Of a stretch of DNA of 64,000 nucleotides, positions 61,501-64,000 are shown piece after piece. The notes under the pieces are model-generated. The model was not told where the DNA came from. It saw only the letters and a program-made list of their open reading frames with translations, and searched no databases. This DNA is from Candidatus Aceula meridiana (GTDB taxonomy: Bacteria > Omnitrophota > Gorgyraeia > Zapsychrales > Aceulaceae). The position numbers were made by a program, and so were the translations under genes. Positions within the stretch are counted from its first letter, which is position 1, and each line of letters opens with the position of its first letter. Location of the stretch: positions 123,538 through 187,537 of the forward strand of contig JAVCDE010000024.1 of the NCBI GenBank assembly GCA_030765185.1. The letters run 5' to 3'.

Positions 61501-63998
61501 ATTTCCCGCCTGCTAATTGGCAAACTTCCCGCATAAATGGTTCCATTCCCACTGTTTTCATTAACATTTGCATCAACGGTTACAATATTTCCGCTTTTGT
61601 TAAGATAACTTTTAATTTGGGAGGCCTTGCGTTCACCAACTGTCTGAGAAAGCTTATCAAGCCAGGATATAACCCCTACAACCGTGGCAATGCCAAGCTC
61701 TCGAGAAACAACAGCCGCATGAGACGTCGCGCCGCCAACGTCGGCTATGATGCCCACAACATTCTCATGTTTCATAACCGGAAGATAATCCGGCGTGGTT
61801 TCGCGCGTACGGATAATAATTTTTGTTTTGGCAGCTTTTTTCTTAATATCTTCAAACTGTCCAACTAAACCTTTGGCAGGGTCGATAACATAAATCTCTC
61901 CCGTGAATGCATTGCGAGTGGGAATTCCGCTAACCAAAAGTTCACCATTCTCTAAATCTGTTAACTGCCCACGACTATTCTTTGCTTTATTGTGTTTTTC
62001 CTGAGAAGATTCTACATCCTTGGTTTTAATATAAGTATAATCAATAGCAATTTTTTGAGGGTCCGAGACATCCACTTCAGCATTAGAAGGTCGCCTTTGA
62101 ACTGTAATAACTGTATTGGGTTTCTGAAGATTACGACCAACAACCCCTTCCATATCAAGAATATTTTCATATCCTTCTGCTTTACGATAAGCTTCTTTGG
62201 CAATAGCAACAATCTGAGAATCTGTTGCCGCAAAAATATCTCTCCGACTTGGCTCAACATCCGTAAAAACAGTCTTTGTCTTTGCATCTTTAAGACTTTC
62301 TTTAATAACATGCGCTAACTTGTTAAGCTGATGGCGATTAAATCCAAAAACTCTTTGAATCAAACTAGATTGATCTTCATGAATTCGTACCGCGTCTGTT
62401 CTATCGACATCCTCCTTAACAAGGCTATTTAAAACATTATAAAAAATGGATATATCAGACTCTGAAATTTCAAATTTCTCAGCTAACACTCGGGAATTCT
62501 GGCCTTGGGGTTTAACAAGCTCTATATAATCATTCAAGGCTTCCTCAGAAATCTCTAAAAGCCTCATCAAAGGCTCTTTGTAAACAGCCTGAATCATTTT
62601 TGTACCTAGCTGACGGGAAAGAATATTAACTCTAAGCTCTCCACCTTCTTCAAACATGTGGACCAAATAGCTATCAGGCGTAACAACCCCTTGAACAATA
62701 GATTCGCCAAGGTTGTAATTGGTTGTAATAGTACAGGTGCGGCCTTTATTGAAATATTCTTTCCGAGGAATTTTCTGAAAATCCTTTCCTGTCCACCCGG
62801 TGTTCAAATCAGCCCCAAAAAGAACGAATGACACTTGTGCGTCTGCCATCGGCATAATCGTAACGCCCATAGAAATATTCTTAACATTAATAAAATCTTC
62901 TCTTGCCTGCTCAACAATTTTAACTTCTTCTTTAAAATTATTTCTCTGAAAAACTTCAGAAAGCCTTAAAGAAGAAATAATTTTAATATCCCTTGTCTCC
63001 AAAGCCTTAGCCGCAAGCTTATCATCATCATTCTTACTTTGGCCTAAAGTTTTAATTACCTTCTGAACATTATTTCTTGAAAGAAGTTTTCCGAAAGCGA
63101 TATAGACCATCATGCCGTCACGATAGTCAATAGCCCGATCCGTATATAGAGAAGCAACATCATCTCGCCAACGGTTAACAGCAGTCTCTGCGTCTGGCAC
63201 GCCAAGATATGTGTCATGCTGACCGGCGCTTGCGCCTAAATTAATTCCGGCCATCTCAGGAATCTCTTCTAGCTTAATATCTTCTGCACGCCCGGAACTG
63301 CGAACAGCCATTTCTTTAATTTTTGCTTCATAAGCCAAAGACTCATAAGAAAACTTTATCATTTCTTGAATGTGATCCGGGATAGGCGTATTTTTAATCC
63401 TCGCTCTAATTTCTGCACCAATCTTTTCTCTTTGTTTTTCGTCTGAAGAATCTAAATTTCTTATACGCTCATAGACAAAGTTCAAAAGCTCAGGGTCAGA
63501 CTCAAGAAATTGATCAGCAGCTGTTGTTGTTCCAGAAAAACTACGAAAATTGTTTTCCGGGTCTTTCCCCCACATAATTGCCAACTGATAAGATTTACCG
63601 CCAACGAGTCTTTTGCCTAAATCTTCCGGAAGCTGAGCGATTTCAAAATCTCGCGCAATCGGCTTTTTGACAAGTTTTTCAAAAAGCTTTTCAGCCTCTT
63701 CCCTTGACAAAATCTTAATAGGAAACTGAAGGTCATCAGGAACTTTAAGGCTACTGCTGATCTTATCTGTCATGGTGGCCTTGCCGCTTCTTTCGGCACC
63801 CTCCCCGTGTTCCGTAAAAAGTGTCTTAACTTTTACAGTTGATGATCCTTTTTCGCCATCGATAGCAGTATAGCCTTCTTGGCTGAGGACGTGTTGTTTC
63901 TTGATATCTGTCTTCATGGCAAGGTTAGCACCACCAGAGAAGTACTTTCTAGGGATGTTGCGTTTGACGTTGGTATCGTATTCAACCTTTATATAGCT
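58554..63998 (-). CDS. C-terminal part of a very large multidomain protein: PEP synthase (PpsA-like) module, degenerate duplicate PEP-utilising module and GGID-type C-terminal tail (5' partial)
   Basis: The frame is open for 27 more codons upstream of the called ATG (SYIKVEYDTNVKRNIPRKYFSGGANLA) to the window edge. PpsA motifs: VGGK, AVRSS..ED, AGQHDT, LGE..VQG..TPD, GGATSHAA, MIELPS, FSFGTNDLTQ, GLCGQ. Confidence 0.9.
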   Translation of the reverse strand, partial: SYIKVEYDTNVKRNIPRKYFSGGANLAMKTDIKKQHVLSQEGYTAIDGEKGSSTVKVKTLFTEHGEGAERSGKATMTDKISSSLKVPDDLQFPIKILSREEAEKLFEKLVKKPIARDFEIAQLPEDLGKRLVGGKSYQLAIMWGKDPENNFRSFSGTTTAADQFLESDPELLNFVYERIRNLDSSDEKQREKIGAEIRARIKNTPIPDHIQEMIKFSYESLAYEAKIKEMAVRSSGRAEDIKLEEIPEMAGINLGASAGQHDTYLGVPDAETAVNRWRDDVASLYTDRAIDYRDGMMVYIAFGKLLSRNNVQKVIKTLGQSKNDDDKLAAKALETRDIKIISSLRLSEVFQRNNFKEEVKIVEQAREDFINVKNISMGVTIMPMADAQVSFVLFGADLNTGWTGKDFQKIPRKEYFNKGRTCTITTNYNLGESIVQGVVTPDSYLVHMFEEGGELRVNILSRQLGTKMIQAVYKEPLMRLLEISEEALNDYIELVKPQGQNSRVLAEKFEISESDISIFYNVLNSLVKEDVDRTDAVRIHEDQSSLIQRVFGFNRHQLNKLAHVIKESLKDAKTKTVFTDVEPSRRDIFAATDSQIVAIAKEAYRKAEGYENILDMEGVVGRNLQKPNTVITVQRRPSNAEVDVSDPQKIAIDYTYIKTKDVESSQEKHNKAKNSRGQLTDLENGELLVSGIPTRNAFTGEIYVIDPAKGLVGQFEDIKKKAAKTKIIIRTRETTPDYLPVMKHENVVGIIADVGGATSHAAVVSRELGIATVVGVISWLDKLSQTVGERKASQIKSYLNKSGNIVTVDANVNENSGNGTIYAGSLPISRREIKIDISRLPKVYTKVGYIMGMPHPMLTMSKMAQYPGFSGVALMRAEFVYGEENINPRAGVAYDNFLIYTYLMMNTDYRQATKYYEGLNKDEKDAVHRFEDELARREKSRREEVPVPMSRAEKVIQSFMDSFDKGNPEGFVNSLSETGKKDLWTIQHDSLRTDGEIKVIKELSERLKGYLTYDEFFAAVHGGAVSLMAAANSQQDNTVVYRSIDFKKNEARSLIGSKMFDPNPEPATMIGERGARWLLRKENQIILREEIRMLLRQIAQGYKNLGFMFPFVATPQELDELLTILEEEEKTFSKEAGEVVYIREVGQMIELPSNVIQADEFAKILNRHQKEITKWFKENFDVKSFKRASFFSFGTNDLTQTTMGADRDNHDMKHLMNEAHPFVIESIRHVVNIAKKYNIKCGLCGQAIVNLVEKDPETAEEILMMLGSTGGYAGTDYLGTEKTIIRSAAATLKHGVVKDPVVNSVVISDFESDLKRGAATRLFFHVKKQGDFEETYIGDFVSLDPEILIDFSDDKIKDQISRLGAVVTTKDISQEIVEKIKELGVPVIFSNQGQLDYFNRLPDKQMITVDFLNQRIYKQEVKVEIQVPAKESKITGVIAQEAREPKVEDLGNSIKVSDFYKFIKVHPLAFYAYDELSSDARKEKLGDFVIDEIESIIKKLQANDATEAYQIMLTNYIKHYVKAGEPFVFETSDMESDDFSGLRGGRVFSPEEVNPPLGVAGLDALIREGDTRQLFKIELEVIKNLIEEGYQPAIQFNSVKIPEHLKEALKVIKEVGIDIEKTPLPLGINTAWPGNYLFLNEFIDAGKLSFIDLDKTRLAQGYWAADIASGKNQHVIDFYKSSEMQENLKRPVQMIKNSVANAGISLKTHHVPASDSTIPPPTAGKIAVSSPGGIDFNKDKFDLQIKRDENGVSLPMKLQDLENININGLVPVILNYTIVTNLPMLLGYSVKDENIESETVELLADEPRQISYLN

Positions 63999-64000
63999 GT

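Noticed and set aside
63915-63917. ATG called as the start of the 1787-aa ORF
   Set aside because: The frame remains open to the window edge with no SD or promoter in the remaining 83 nt, so this is probably an internal Met.

Overview
This is a 64-kb, AT-rich bacterial chromosomal segment in which every credible gene (about 60) lies on the minus strand. Most genes are housekeeping: rho/rpmE, polA, folD, rnhB-rplS-trmD, queA/tgt, ruvB, scpA, trpS, rimP-nusA-infB, proS, uppS-cdsA-dxr-rseP, purA, serA, tig-clpP and dprA-topA-xerC. There is also a roughly 18-kb Kdo/LPS core and Lpt cluster, so the organism is diderm. Gene content and the giant-protein tail suggest a PVC-type organism, most plausibly Omnitrophota, but this is an inference. 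The most unusual element is at the right edge: the C-terminal 1814+ codons of a very large protein whose frame stays open off the window. It embeds an apparently intact PEP synthase, then a second, catalytically dead copy of the PEP-synthase C-terminal half, and ends in a distinctive 'PGGIDFN...LQIKRD...NLPMLLG' tail that could be a sorting or assembly module. Other oddities are an orphan TadA/CpaF ATPase in the usual ispG slot, a trigger factor lacking its PPIase domain, a motif-dead NirB-like flavoprotein, and LpxL-ELM1, GT4-GT9 and LptC-LptA fusions. There is also a frameshifted cupin, a triplicated lptB 3' end, a REP-like half element and systematic loss of usual operon partners. No rRNA, tRNA, CRISPR array or transposase was seen.
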